Shown: positions 26,901 through 41,840, numbered from the stretch's first letter. The stretch: DNA of 64,000 nt from the human T2T-CHM13v2.0 reference genome, Homo sapiens (GCA_009914755.4 CP068257.2:35776001-35840000), one strand, 5' to 3'. The notes: a model not told the origin generated them from the letters alone. Numbers and translations: made by a program.

Positions 26901-29002
26901 TAATCAGTGATTTATAGTGGTGTTATTACAAATACAGCATAGTAAATGCTAGCACTTAGGCTTTTCAAGAGCTAATATTTTGGTGGGAATTGGAATAATT
27001 CTGTTAATGTAAATAACACAGTCACCTTTATGGTTGAATGCATGTCTCCCCCAGAACTCTATTAGAATATGGCAGATCTTTTATGGGAGTAGATGTTAGT
27101 AGGATATCATCAAAAAGACTGACAAGTTAAGGATATTATACCCATACATACGGTTTCTTAAAAAGATATGCTCTGGGATTTTGTTTATTTTTTCCTTGTT
27201 CCCAATATCCCTGCCTCCCATTTCCTTTCTTCCCACCCTCCCCCTCTTATCCTTTTGTCATTTGTATTTTTATACAGAAGAAGCAGTGTGAAGGCATTTT
27301 TGAAAGAATATTTTTTGATTGCTCTATAATTAATTGAGGTGATCTTTTACATGGGAAACTGGAGGCTATTCCACACATGGCTATGTTCAAATTTCTGAAA
27401 ATGTAGTGCAGCTAATGTATAAAGTGTTAATAACTTTTGAACTTAAATGTTCTTAAATTAGGCATATTATAAGGCATTTTGTTGAACTAAGTGACTTAAC
27501 ATTTGAAACTCTGTCAGAGAGCCTTATTTGATTATATTTATAAACTGTTTGAAAATGTGATTGCTAACTGGAAAAGAAATATTTATATAAATTTTGAATT
27601 GATACCTAACAGATGCCTAATTATATCATTGGTGTAGTTTTTGTGATTGGTTTTTATTTTTGGCGATCTGGGTTTTGTCTAGGGGAAAAATCATCATTTT
27701 ATGATTTTAAGATTTTAAAAAATTGTTTCGGTGTACTATTTTGTATGAAGAAATGTGCTTGAATATATTTATAAATTAAATTAGAGAGTATATAATACTT
27801 CACGTTCATGTAGAAGTCACCATTTTAAGACCGATGTTAATTCTTGTTTACGTCAAAGGTGATTGAGCAATCATCTCTGTTACGCATCTATCATGCATGC
27901 ACACAGGCTTGCACATGTATGTTTGCCTGTACATATTAGAAGTATGCCAGGTACACATTCTGGCTGAGTTGCTCGCTGATTGTTAAAAGCAACGTGATGC
28001 TGAAGCTGAATATCACCATCATAGAAAAACAAATAGGCATATTTACAGAAACATTTTTAGAATTTTATGCACATTTTTTTGTTGTCAGATTTTATAAGTT
28101 TGACCTTTTGGTGCAGGAACTATTTCTCAGCATTGTCAGCTCCTGGATTGCTCCTTGGGCGCTATACTGCACATTGGCTATACCAAGTAGATGCTCACTT
28201 TCGACTGAGGTCAGTAGAGGAACAAAGTATTTTTGGGGTATCTCATAGATTTATCTATGAATATTACTGATTTTGGAGATTTTCTCTCGTGAAATTTTGG
28301 AGTTACAAAGTTTCTATTTATCCTCACAAGACATGGAGGGTTTCCAAATAGCTCTTTTTCTTGAAAGGCTTATGGTCTCAATGGAATGAAATAACTAATG
28401 AGTAAATACAGTTTATAGTTATCTAGTTAATTTTATGAATGCTAGAACACAAGAAAATTCTACAGATTAGATTTATGATAAAATCCAATCTCTTATTCAG
28501 CCTTGTATTCTTTAAAAATTGTCAGCATTTATTGGCTTACAGAGGAAAAAACCCAGGAAAGAAGATCTAGCTGTCTAATAAATATATTAGCTGTTGGTGT
28601 ATTCCCTTTCTAATAGTTTGAAAGTTAACAATTGTTTTTGAACATAAAATTAACAGCTTTCAGAATCATCATTAATTAATGTAGCAGTTTGGTCTTGTAT
28701 TACTATGCACACATTTATTCGACTGATAGAATTTCAACACATTAAAACTAATGAGTAGATGTTCACCGAAAGTTGTTTCTAGAGAATGCTTCCTGACATT
28801 TGAAAGCAAGTGGTCTGCTTTCTCTGGGCCTTGTTTTTACCCTCTGGCATTGTTCATGGTACTGGCTTTGTTCTGTTGGTTAGATGTGGTAACTTACTCT
28901 CATCTTTTCCTTGATGAGGCACAGGTTCAGGGATGCTGGAAAGGACACTGAAGTAGGCCTTGGCTGATGGGCCTTTCAGAAGTGAACACTTAAGAGTAGG
29001 TT

Positions 29003-29168
29003 TTCAGAGTAACTTTGTGAGGTGATGAATATGTTAATTGGCTTGATTGTGGTGATCATTTCATTTTGTATATGTGTATCAAAACATCATGTTTTACACC
29101 TTAATATATACACAATTTTTATTTTCCAGTTATAACTCAATAAAGCTGGTGGGAGGAGAGAAAAAAAT
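29003..29168 (+). mobile_element. 5'-truncated L1 (L1MA/L1PA-like) 3'UTR terminal fragment with a short A-tail.
   Basis: 'ctttgtgaggtgatgaatatgttaattggcttgattgtggtgatcatttcattttgtatatgtgtatcaaaacatcatgttttacaccttaatatatacacaatttttattt...ctcaataaagctgg' matches the remembered 3' end of older primate L1 subfamilies. Confidence 0.6.
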
Positions 29169-32029
29169 AGTTTTACTGAACACTAGGCCAAAGTCAGACT
29201 TTGATGTATTTAGTTCATGTATCTATAGGTGTTCCTGTACTTACTTAATTTGAGAATCTTTTTGCATGTTTTAAAATACAGTTAGAACATGAATGAAGTA
29301 CATTTGGATTTTCTTTTGATTTTTGGAAGAACAAATGATTTGTTAACAAACATTTATTTGGTGAGCATTTGCTTTGTACCAGGTACTATTATAGGTGCTG
29401 CTCTGCATACAAGGATCCCTGAGCTTATGGATAACAAATAAATGAGGCAGTGGAGGTTTTTGATAAAGTTTTAAGACTCACCTATTGAATTCAAGGCATG
29501 CAGAGAGAAAGTAGAGAGCACTGTCTGGGTAATGACATTGACAGTAATGGCTTTACCTGTAGGCAGAGGTTACCAAAATCTCTGCATCCCATTCTTCTCT
29601 TCTGAGCTCCACACTCAGGTAACTGCTTTCTGGATGCCTCTCCCGCATATTCCCTCCTCCTCCCCCATTCAGTCCTCTTAGTAATGAGTGACACCATTCT
29701 ACCCTAACACAACATCATTTGGGGAACCTAGCAACCACTCTTTGCCCTTTTGAATCACAAGTAACCAAATTCAGTTTATTTAAGGTGTAGAATGACTTCT
29801 CAGATTAGATTTGGAAAAAGTACTGCCTCAGAGATTACCATGTATATGAACATAAAGACTTTTATATAAAGAAACCTGTGTAAACCAGCATTTCTTCAGT
29901 TTATTTGATTAAGGGACCTCCCCTCCCTTTTATTTTTGATTTATACCTATTAATAACATCCTGTGGACCATGATTTGGGAAAATCATGTTGGAAATAGAA
30001 GGGGCTGCCATTCTTTGTTTTGTTGAAATGAACTTCTTTAACAACTAAAATTTTTTAAACAATAGTGATATACTAGTCACTTTTAAATGTGGAATAGTTC
30101 CAAAGCATACAGAGCTATCACTTTTTGAGGATGAATAAACATGGAAATTTATTTTTAAATGTGCTGATTTGTTCATATTGTCTATGTCATAATTCTTATG
30201 CATACACTATATATATACTCATATATATGAATTTAAGTACTTAAAACCGTTTGTGGCAGAGTTTTAATTTTGGATTCTCTTAACTCATTTTAAAATGTGA
30301 ATTTTGTAGGACAAAATTTTCATATTTCCAGTGATCACAAATGGGGTGTATTCATTATACAAGAGTTAGAAATCAGATCTGTAAATTACAAAACCCCAAC
30401 TTTTAAAATCCCATCATATGTGGGGTACACTAGGAGAATGAAAGGGCATGTAGATTGTAATATTTAGGAAGCTGTCACCAGTTTGCCTCCCCTTGGAATT
30501 GTTGTCGTGGTCGTGTGTGTCTGATCTTTTTCTTTGTCTGTGTCTCCTTCTCTAGCTTTCGTTCATGTCTCAACCCAAGCAGTTTGACTTTTTTCTTACT
30601 GATTCAATAAATTTATTTTTCTAGTAAGTTAAAAAGATAGTGGATTTGCTTTTGCACTCATGTTTTTACTTTTTGTTTATTAGATGATACAAAATCACTG
30701 AAAGAATTCTGAAATGTATAAATATATATAGATAAGTATAAGGAAACATATCCCAAGTTTTAGTGTCCCCTACAGTGTGGCACATTCCCTTCCAGTTGTT
30801 TTTCATGCCATTTTTTTAACTAATTGAGGTCATTTTGAATATTCAGGATGATGTGGTTGGGTAAGATCCATTTTATACTCGTGTTGACTAACATATCATA
30901 AATGTTGCCCTACATCATCAAAAGCTAACCATAGTGATTTGCTGTTACTTTGAACTTGGAGCAAATCCAGGGTACTCAGAATGCTTTTGAAGATAATTAC
31001 TTTAGATATTTATTTTACAGTATGCTTATTTCCTAGTTAAGTTAGGTATCTCTTATTTTTAGGCATTAAGTTGTTTTTTAAAGCACTAATACCTGTGCAT
31101 AGTATTTGGCTGTAAAATTATTTTCTTATAATTGATTCCTAGGAGTCATAATGTTTGAAAAATTTTCAGGCTCTTGATGCAACTTTTCAGAAAGCTGTTT
31201 GGTAATATGTACCACTCTGTACATTACAAGAATGTCTCTTAATTTATTTTTCTCAGCATTGAGTATTATAGTTAAAATAAATCTTCAACAGGCAAAAAGA
31301 AGAATCTCTTATTTTGGAACAAATGAAGTAGTATTGTATACTTGGTGGAGGAAATATAAGTGCTTTAGAAATGCATAAAGTAAAAAGAGACAGCCACTCC
31401 CCTTTTCCTAATAGTTTGGAGTCTGTCTTTCTAGCGAGTAGTTTTTGTTTAATACGTTTATGGCATTTGCACATGTTGTTTACCAGTTTTATGTCCAGCT
31501 AGTCCGATAGTTCCTGAAGGTCAGGGGGTTAAGGCTTATCCTCTTTGTGTGCCCTGTGACTGTCTGGCAGGATTTCTGGGACACAGGAAGTGCTCAGCAA
31601 ATGCAAAAAGAATAATTTTTGGCATCCTAATGGCATTTTTAATGCCTAAAAATAAGTATATTAATGCTTGCTTTAATACATTTCTTCAAGTGGTTTTAAG
31701 AGTTTCTTATTATTTTCCATTGCTTTTTATGTTTCATAGTTTTATTTATGTTTCTAAGTGGAAGCAATTAATAATGATTACATTATGTATGTGTCATATG
31801 AAAAAGCATTTGATATTTATAGAAAAAATGATGGGAAATCTGAGGTAAGCCACATTGTAAAATTGAATTTTTTACCTTAGTGTGTCTATTTAAGACCCAG
31901 GTAAAAGAAAATACATTTATATTCATGATTTTGGATTTTAGGTATACTTATTAAGTGTACCTTGAAAGAATGTCTAAGTTCTAGGAAGATGACAACAGAA
32001 CATAGTTTTAAAATTTTCCCATTTTCCTC

Positions 32030-33460
<1,431 letters not shown>

Positions 33461-33464
33461 CAGA

Positions 33465-33765
33465 TTTTTTTTAAGAGAGTCTTGCTGTGTTGCCTAAGCT
33501 GGAATGCCATGTGGCATAAGCATGGCTCACTGCAGCCTTGAACTCCTGGGCTAAAGCTATCCTCCTGCCTCAGCCTCCCAAGTAGCTAGGACTGCAGGCA
33601 CGTGCTGCCACACCTGGCTAACTTCTTTATTTTTATTTCTGTAGAGATGTGGTCTTGCTGTGTTCCCTAGGCTGGTTTTGAACTGCTGAAGACCAGCCTT
33701 AAGTGATTCTTCCGCCTTAACCTCCCAAAGTGCTGGGATTACAGGTGTGAGTCACCGTCTTGGCC
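33465..33765 (-). mobile_element. Diverged older Alu (AluJ-like), reverse orientation.
   Basis: 'ttttttttaagagagtcttgctgtgttgcctaagctggaatgccatgtggcataagcatggctcactgcagccttgaactcctgggctaaagc...' ending '...cctcccaaagtgctgggattacaggtgtgagtcaccgtcttggcc'. Confidence 0.9.
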
Positions 33766-34414
33766 TTTAGTCACTTTTTAGTGTGCTTTTAAAATTTAAA
33801 CATTCTCCAGCATCAATATTCTTCTATAGTACTGTTTTAAATGACTAATCAGTATTCTGCGAATTAGTTAATGTTTAACGGTTCCCCATTTTTGCTAATT
33901 AGTTCATGAACAATGTTTAAGTGGATACTATTATCGTGTTTTTTGTTTGTTTTTTATTTATTGCCTTAGGTTCAATTCCTAGAAGTTGGAATTGTTAAGG
34001 TGAAGCATATGTACATTTTAAAGCCTTTTGATACATTATTTTCAAATACCTTTTTAAAGTACAGTTTATGCTTCTACCAGCTGCACATCAGAATTTTTCT
34101 GCACCCTAGGATCCTAGGTATTTTAAAATGTTTGCCAATTCAATAGACAAAACATAACTCAATATTTACATTTACATTTGCTTGAATATTAGACCGAGTA
34201 TGTTTTTTGGGGGGTTTGTTACTCATGTTTTTTGTGAGTTTCCTTTTATCATTCTTTGTTGATATTTCTTTGGGGTTTTAATTTTTTTTCTTAATTTACC
34301 AAAGTTTCTCATTGAACCCTTACTAGATGCCAATGACTATTCTAAATTATTTACAGGTATTAACTTATTTACTCCTAATGATAACTCTGGTACAGGTACT
34401 GTGATTGACCCAGA

Positions 34415-34495
34415 CAGAGGTTCGGTAGCCTGCCCCAGGTCACACAGCTAGTAAGGGATGGAGCTGGGGAGCAAATTCAGGGCCTGTGAGTCCCT
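34415..34495 (-). mobile_element. Short MIR core fragment, reverse orientation.
   Basis: 'agaggttcggtagcctgccccaggtcacacagctagtaagggatggagctggggagcaaattcagg', compared with the MIR core 'agagaggttaagtgacttgcccaaggtcacacagctagtaagtggcagagctgggattcgaaccc'. Confidence 0.5.
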
Positions 34496-35196
34496 CCTCT
34501 TAATGATCATGCTTTTGATTTTAGGGATACTTACTGTTACTTATTGCTGGTACATTTTCCAGTTTGCATTTGCCTTTTGTTCATGGTGTCGTTTTATACA
34601 AGAGCTTTAACTTTTTGTATGGGAGAACTAAGTTTTATTTATTAGTGTAATGCCTCAAACATAACAGATTCTCAAATCTATGTGTTGAACAAATGAGAAT
34701 GAACCCATCAGCAGTCTGTTGATGGTGATGACCTTTTATGTAGTGTAATATGTATCTCCTTTTAAAGGGATTCCCAGGGCTTCATAAATGAGTTACTCTT
34801 TGGTTTTTATCAGGCACAGTAAGCTTATCTGTATTAGCTCTTCTGGAAAGTTTTTTAGATGTAATCACTGCTTTTAAAAGGAACATGTGTTCTTAAACAA
34901 GCAAATAGGAGTTGTGAAGAATGTATTTATTGATAATGATTTGAATTGTAGATTCAAAGTGAAATGAAATAATTTCACTCTAGGAATAATTTGATGGGAT
35001 TTGTTTTTTGTATTTTTAGAAAATTATAGATTTGGCCATTGTTTAAAAAGTTTTGAATAAATTTTGGCTTAGTGTAAGAAGATTCTTTGATAGGAAAACT
35101 AAAACTATTTGATATAAAAAGTTATCATTGCTTAAGATTTGGATAGTGTAGATCATCTCCTCAAAAGGTGAAATTTAAGATTTTACTTTTCTCGAA

Positions 35197-35273
35197 TTCC
35201 TGACCTCAGGTTATCCTGCTGCCTTGGGCTCCCAAAGTGCTGGGATTACAGGTATGAGCCACCGTGCCCGACC
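35197..35273 (-). mobile_element. Isolated 77-bp fragment matching only the 5' end of Alu (reverse orientation), with no tail. It is flanked by 16-bp direct repeats 'aagattttacttttct' at 35177-35192 and 35274-35289.
   Basis: 'gaattcctgacctcaggttatcctgctgccttgggctcccaaagtgctgggattacaggtatgagccaccgtgcccgacc' is the reverse complement of Alu positions about 1-77. The identical 16-mers are seen on both sides. Confidence 0.8.
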
Positions 35274-35668
35274 AAGATTTTACTTTTCTTTAAGCACTCT
35301 TTCTCCTCTTCTCTCTGGTGGTGAATACCAGGCTACTTAATGGTGCCTTCTTAGTTTGGCCTCTGTATTCCTTAGTCTTTTAAAAAAGTGTAGAGATCCA
35401 TATTGCTAATGGATATACATTAGAGAGAAACACAAATAAGTTAATTTTAATTTTTATAAACCATCCACAAAATATACTCCATGGAATCAGATACTCAAAA
35501 AGATACCGAGATGTAAATATTTATGTTGTTAACGCAAATCCAGGTCTGCTTTGTAGAAGGTTACCAAAGCTTAAAAACCATTGTTGAGTGCTTGCTGTTT
35601 TTGTAACCTACTGGTTGCAGCCAGCTCTTTCCTCTCCTACTGGTGGTAGTAGTATTCTTCAGGCCATT

Positions 35669-36052
35669 TGTATTAGTCTGTTCTTGCACTGCTATAAAGG
35701 AAACCTAAGACTGGGTCATTTATGAAGAAAAGAGTTTTAATTGGTACACGGTTCCACAGGTTATACATGAAGCATGGCTAGGGAGGCCTCAGGAAACTTA
35801 GAGTCATGGTAGAGAGTGAAGGGGAAGCAGGCATGTCTTACATAGCCCCAGCAGGAGGAAAAGAGAGAAGTGGGAGTGCTACACACTTCTAGACAACCAG
35901 ATCTCGCGAGAACGTACTCACCATCGTGAGAATAGCAAGGGGGAGGTGTGCCCCTGTGATCCAATCACCTTTCAAGAGGCCTCTCCTCCAACATTGAGAA
36001 TTACAGCTTGACGTGAGATTTGTGTGGGGACACATATCCAAAACATAATCAC
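35669..36052 (-). mobile_element. MaLR solo LTR of the THE1/MST family (about 385 bp), reverse orientation relative to the consensus.
   Basis: 'tgtattagtctgttcttgcactgctataaaggaaacctaagactgggtcatttatgaagaaaagagttttaattgg...ggaggcctcaggaaacttagagtcatggtagagagtgaaggggaagcagg...atctcgcgagaacgtactcaccatcgtgagaatagcaagggggag...gatccaatcacc...acattgagaattacagcttgacgtgagatttgtgtggggacaca...aatca' matches the reverse complement of the THE1 LTR consensus as I remember it. Confidence 0.6.
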
Positions 36053-38094
36053 CATGCTTAGCCGATATTGTTAAATTCAGACTTGTTCTTTTAAGCATTA
36101 ATCAGTCAATTTACATGCTTATGTTAATAAAATTTAATCCATTCTGGAAGTAAAAGAACGAAATGTCAGTTTTCCTTTTCCTCGTTTCCACTTACAGGGG
36201 TAACCCCTTTTACTATTTTCCGTTTTAAAATTCTTCTCTTGGTTGCCTCCATGATTTTTAATACATTAGTATGTTTGTAGCTGTGTTTTAGTATTTTAAA
36301 AAACTATTGAAAAATGAAACCAGATAGCTCTCAGTGCTACCTCTTTTCCATCCAGTTTCTCCCGATCCTCTTTTAAAGTTTTTCTGTTGATTATTATTAA
36401 AATTTTATAAAACTAACTTAAACCTCATTCTTGGCCATCAGTTTTAGACAGTTTCTCTTGATTTCTCAAGATTTGAAATGAGAGCTTTAGAGCCCTTTAT
36501 ATTTCTTTTTACCTCACAGCTGTTACCCACCAGTTACTTCCAGCTTGTATATAGGTATGTTCACTTACACATCTTTCTTTCACTTAATTGAATCCTTTAT
36601 TTTTGTCTTAGAATCTTCTGAATATTGAAAACAGAGAACTATACTGGAAGAACATAGTGTATTAAGACTCATGGAGAGGGAGATGTGATACTGTGTCACT
36701 GAGGTCGTTCCAGTCATAGGAGAAATGTTACCACTGGATTGAGGTCTGGTACATTTTAAAAGATGATTTAATTCTATGATATGTGTTCAACTTGCACTAG
36801 GATAGTTTTTACTTTCACCTTTGTTCCATGCACCGCGCAAATACCTGGGAACCCTTGTTGCCCAACTCAAGAGCCAGAGTCCTCTGTCATCATTTTGCCT
36901 CTCTCCTAAGTGACAGGACTGAGTGCAGACTTGGTGTTTGTGGGTGAGGCATGTGGACTGACAGGCAGGCTTCAGTTTATTTAGCGAGTGTGAGCCCTGG
37001 CAGGAAGATTCTCTTTCTCTGCTTGCCAGGTTGAGGAGGCCTCATTAAGCAGTTTGAACTTGTGGTTTTGGCGTGTCTAGTCCTGGTGCAGGTGGCTTGG
37101 TATCCTCACAGGCATTTCTTTGGCCTCACCCTTGGGGTGACTGTTCACTTGTGTTTGAGCGGCTGGGACTCAGTAGGTTCACTGGAGTAGGTATTTCTTT
37201 AGAGCCACTGGCGGAGGCTGATCATGCGGCAGATAGTTGTTTAGTATCAAGCCAGTCTCTCCCCTTCTTTCTACTCCAGTTTTTCTTTACCACCCAGAAT
37301 GGCATCTGCCACTTCTGCTCTGGTTCCTAGATCTTTTTGACATTCCTTAAATTATTGGTATTATCCCAGTTGCCTTTTCTTGCAGAAAACTGACAAAATC
37401 TTTGGTTCACTGGTATGTCTCCATCCCATGCTTTATTTTATTTAGTGATCTTTCACTGCTTGTTTCTATGGATGATATAGAGGAATATAGAGGATAAGAA
37501 CAATATGTTTACTCTATCCAGTGTTCTAGATTTTCTTGTTAGAAGCACCCTCCTTCCCAGCTTGGGAAAACTGAGCTGCTGGGGTGGCTGTTGGCTCCTT
37601 CGCTTGCTGTTAGTTTTAAAGGATTGTTTTCAGTCACACTTGAATTGTAGCTATCCTTGGTTCTCTTTTTACCAATGAATTCTGGTAGTATGTTTTAAGA
37701 GCTGGGTGGCCTTCCTGGCCTTTGTAAACATTTCCTGCAATGCCTAGCTTTAGTGAGCTGCGAAGTTGCCCATTGGAGATGAGGCTCTATTGAAAGTCAG
37801 CACCTGTACTTCACTCCCTGCCTTTTGTGACTTTGGGTTTCGACCGGGTGTTTGGAAGCACTGTTTCTTCTGTCCTTGACCTTGTTCCACATGTTTTACC
37901 CATTACCTCCTGTGAGCAGGCACAGGGCCTTTCCTTGTCACCTGGGCTTCAGCTGCTTTGAGGATGACTACTTACCCCTTGCAGTAGCTTCCCACCAAGG
38001 TTCTTGAAAGGGAAGTTTTCATAATGTTCATTTTTTTAAAAAGTTAGACCAGCTATACCCCCTAAACTTAAGTCTGCTTGTTTTCATATGACGT

Positions 38095-38367
38095 AGAAAT
38101 TGATACAAAAATACTTTATGTAGTTTGTATAGATGTAGTTGCTTAAGAAAGATGACACTTACTGTACTATTTTGTTGTCTTGATAAGTACAGTACAAAAA
38201 CCAGTTTTTAAACCCTAAAGTTAATTTGCAAGAAATTGATACAAAAATACTTTATGTAGTTTGTATAGATGAAGTTGCTAAGAAAGGTGACACTTACTGT
38301 ACTATTTTGTTGTCTGGATAAGTACAGTACAAAAACCAGTTTTTAAACCCTAAAGTTAATTTGCAAG
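38095..38367. repeat. Local tandem duplication, about 136 bp x 2, copies about 97% identical.
   Basis: 'gaaattgatacaaaaatactttatgtagtttgtatagatg(t/a)agttgct(t)aagaaag(a/g)tgacacttactgtactattttgttgtct(t/g)gataagtacagtacaaaaaccagtttttaaaccctaaagttaatttgcaa' occurs twice head-to-tail. Confidence 0.9.
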
Positions 38368-39171
38368 AATCTTTTTGTTTTGACAATATACTATTATAAC
38401 TTTTAGCTGAATAAAATCTTAAGTCAACTTTTATGTTTTCATGATACCTAAATGAGGGAGCAAAAGTATATTTAGTATATGACAGTATACTGTCATATAC
38501 TACTGAATTTTCATAAGGTTCTAGGAGCCTTTTTTTTTGTTCTGGGAAAGGGAGGGAGGAAGAGGATGGCACTGTTACCCAAATGTGAGTTAGTTGATTC
38601 AGAAGAGTAAAGAATAGTCCAATAGTCCAGTAGTTAAAAATTTATGTCTGTAATCCAGATTTAAATACCAGTTTATCTTCTAGCTTTATAAACAGTCTTA
38701 ATGAGAAGTAGGGGACAAAAAAGAAGCAGGATTGCCCTTAGGTTAGAGAATAGAAATATCTACTTGGCTTAACGTTTTTATGAAAGATGTCCAGCAAAAC
38801 TGTGGTGGCAGCCTCACTTTAGAGAATGAGGTATTAAAAACTTGACCAAGGTAGTCATGCCAGACTTTTGAATATTTTTCCAAATAAGATGGCTTCAAAT
38901 TGAAAAATTTTATCCACTTGATATTTTTCAAAACTATAAAGCTGTGTTCTATTTCTACCTAAAATATAAAATTGTTAGTATGGTATGATTTGTCATTTGA
39001 GATGATCTTGGCTAATACATTACTGGGCATAATAATGGCTATTACACATTGAGAGGATAGAGGCTGTTTCCGTGTCTCAAGCATCATTAACTGCAGATAA
39101 AAAAAAGTTAACAGTTATTCTAAAAATATTTCTTATAGGGGAGAAAATGTAATCAGTATATTGTATGTTTT

Positions 39172-39334
<163 letters not shown>

Positions 39335-41479
39335 TTAATGATTAATTGTATACTTAGAAAACTTACTTTCTTTACTAGGAATTCTAAAAATATATATATA
39401 TATATATATGTAATGAAGATTTTAGTTTAGTAAGTTAACTATTTTAAAACATGTTTAATGTTTAATTTCTGATTCTAAAAGTAGTACTTTTTGGTACTTT
39501 CCTAAACTCCATAATTTAAGTAACTTTAAAAAGAACTGATGCTAAGCTAAACATTTAAATTGAGGATTATCCCAGAGCATCTGTCACTAGGCAGATGATG
39601 TTTCCTTATGTCTCTAGTCCCCAAAGGAAAGTAGGAGTGCCAAGTTTTTAATATTTGTCCCTTTCAAGAAGGGGAAAGTTTTGTGATACAAAAAATGTTT
39701 AAGAGGTGGACCAGGAAACAGTCCCTTGACATGGAAAATGCCCAGGCTGAGTTAGGATTGCTTTATCTATATGGAGGGAATAAGAACCTGGGAGAACAAA
39801 CCAAAATATTAAAGATTCATGAGTAAGAGTATGAATGAAATTGGCTTTAAAATCTTTCCCTTTTATTTCTCTCTTACCTTTATCCTTCGGAATTAAAGGA
39901 GGCTAATGCAGGTTCCAAGTAGTTCAAAAATGTACCAAAAGTTGTGAAGTTTAAAGGGCTGAGATTGAGTCTTTCAGGGAATGGATTAAATACTTTGGTT
40001 TCGACAGTGATTTTCAAACCTGTCTTAAGCCTTGACTCGTAGTGTGTAGATGATAGTATCGTGAATGATCCTGAGCTAATCTCATGAAAGCTTACATTTA
40101 AACAAATTTTCATATGGACAAGAAACCAAGAGACATTGATGTGTGACTAAAATATTGATTATTCATGGATTCTGCGAGAGCTTTGCTTTTTATCTGTGGG
40201 ATCTTACGCATTATGTTTCTAAAAATATAGTTTCTTTGTTTCTAGGATGGGGGGGTTAATATTAGATTATTTTTAAGTTTCCTTCTAGTTTTAGAGTTAT
40301 TGATCCTTTTTCTGACTTTTAGAACCTGACTTTTCCAGTCTTGGTTTCATTGGACTTTAACGGGTTCCAGAATTCCTGAGTAGAGAGAACATGGGAAGAA
40401 ATTAAGGGACAGGTGTGGGTGATGGGTGCTTAGAGATGGTGGAAAAGTGGCTTCAGGAGAAGAGAAATTGTAGTGTTAGGGATAGGACCAGCATGCTCTT
40501 CTCTTGGAATCTGATGCTTGAAATCTACTCTGTCTTAATGAAATATACTTTACAAATGCTAGACGTCTTTCTGGAGACGTTTATAGACACTCTATGGAAA
40601 AATATCTAAAAATCATGAAATTTTTCATGATGTGGAATGAATCTGTACTCTATTTAGGAGGAGATAATTGCTAGGCTAGGTGGGACAAGTTGATCTATTT
40701 TAAAATAAAATTGTATCTTTTATAAGGCACAAATGGGAACTGTGTCTCCTTGACATGTTTCAAAGCATTTCTCTGAATATGTGAGATTAAAGAAACTCTC
40801 AACCACTCAGAATTGTCAGAACACTGATGTTCTTTAAAACTATCTTTGTAGCTGTTAGTATGTACTGACACAGTTGAAGTTTTTAATGTTTTATTCATTA
40901 TTAGACATTTTGCATATGAATGTAATGTCTTTTATTTACAGTTACATCTTAACTGAACTTGGTTCCCAGATATGAGTATTATTTACTTGGTCTCAGTCTT
41001 CATATTTTAAGCTCTATAGGTTAATACTTAATTGGGTTTTATTTTAAAATTATTTTTGAAGCTATATATTAAAGTTTGTCGTAATAAACCAAATGTTAGT
41101 TTTCCTCCACCTGGGAATACTTGAGACTTCAGTGAGCCACGCTTTCTGTTATGCCCACCTCTTTAGTCTTTCCATTATAGAATAAACATGCTTTGTGTGA
41201 TTTCTCTAAAATGTAATGTTTGAGAATCTATTTTAATGTATAGAAAGACATTTACATAATGCTTTTGAGTAGGTGGGGAAAAAAGTTGAAATGTTGATGG
41301 CAGCATCTGTTAGAAAAACTCACATGTCTATATAGTAAAAAGTTAAAATTACAACAAATGCACTACTTTAACTGTGTTCTGCATGTTATTCCATGGGATC
41401 GCCTTTGGAGTAAAGTAGAATATGTTTCTAGTCTTTTATAGTTGGTGTTAATTTTGTTCTAAACGTGAAAGTGTTAACA

Positions 41480-41840
41480 GCAAGTTGAAAATGTGACAAA
41501 GCTCAATTTCATTTCTTGTTTATTGCTTGTTTTCCTATTGGACAATTGGAAGTAGCTTTGCCCTGGCAACTAAAATAGGCTATTTGCATAACCTAGTTTG
41601 ATTGGCTAGCATCCTGACTAACAGTTCCAATCATATGGTGTCGGTTTAGTGGTAGGCTATGCTAATTAGCCGCTGTTGCTGGGGTTCAGGGATGGTTTCT
41701 GTGTGCTGTTCTGCTGCATTGTGTTGCCTGGTGAGAGACATTGATAAATGAGCGTTTAATGATCTGCAGCAGTTCCCACTCACTGCGGGCAGGCGGATTT
41801 TAGAACAGAAGTGGAAATAAGGCTTTAATTGCTCTGTTAA
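41480..41840. promoter_or_regulatory. Repeat-free block dense in homeodomain (TAATTA/TAATGA/TAATTG), POU octamer (ATTTGCAT), CCAAT (attgg), GATA (TGATAA), SOX-like (CATTGT) and E-box (CATATG) motifs, with locally retained CpGs. Candidate distal enhancer / conserved non-coding element. This is inferred from motif content only.
   Basis: Motifs read directly: atttgcat at 41583-41590, gattggct at about 41600, catatg at about 41631, ctaattagcc at 41661-41670, cattgtgttg at about 41717, ttgataaatg at about 41741, tttaatga at about 41754, ttaattgc at about 41826. There are 5 CpGs in about 150 bp, against a CpG-poor background. Confidence 0.2.

Noticed and set aside
41480-41840. Calling the motif-rich block a promoter.
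   Set aside because: There is no CpG island, TATA/Inr arrangement or downstream exon or donor. It is at best a distal enhancer-like element, kept as a low-confidence regulatory candidate.
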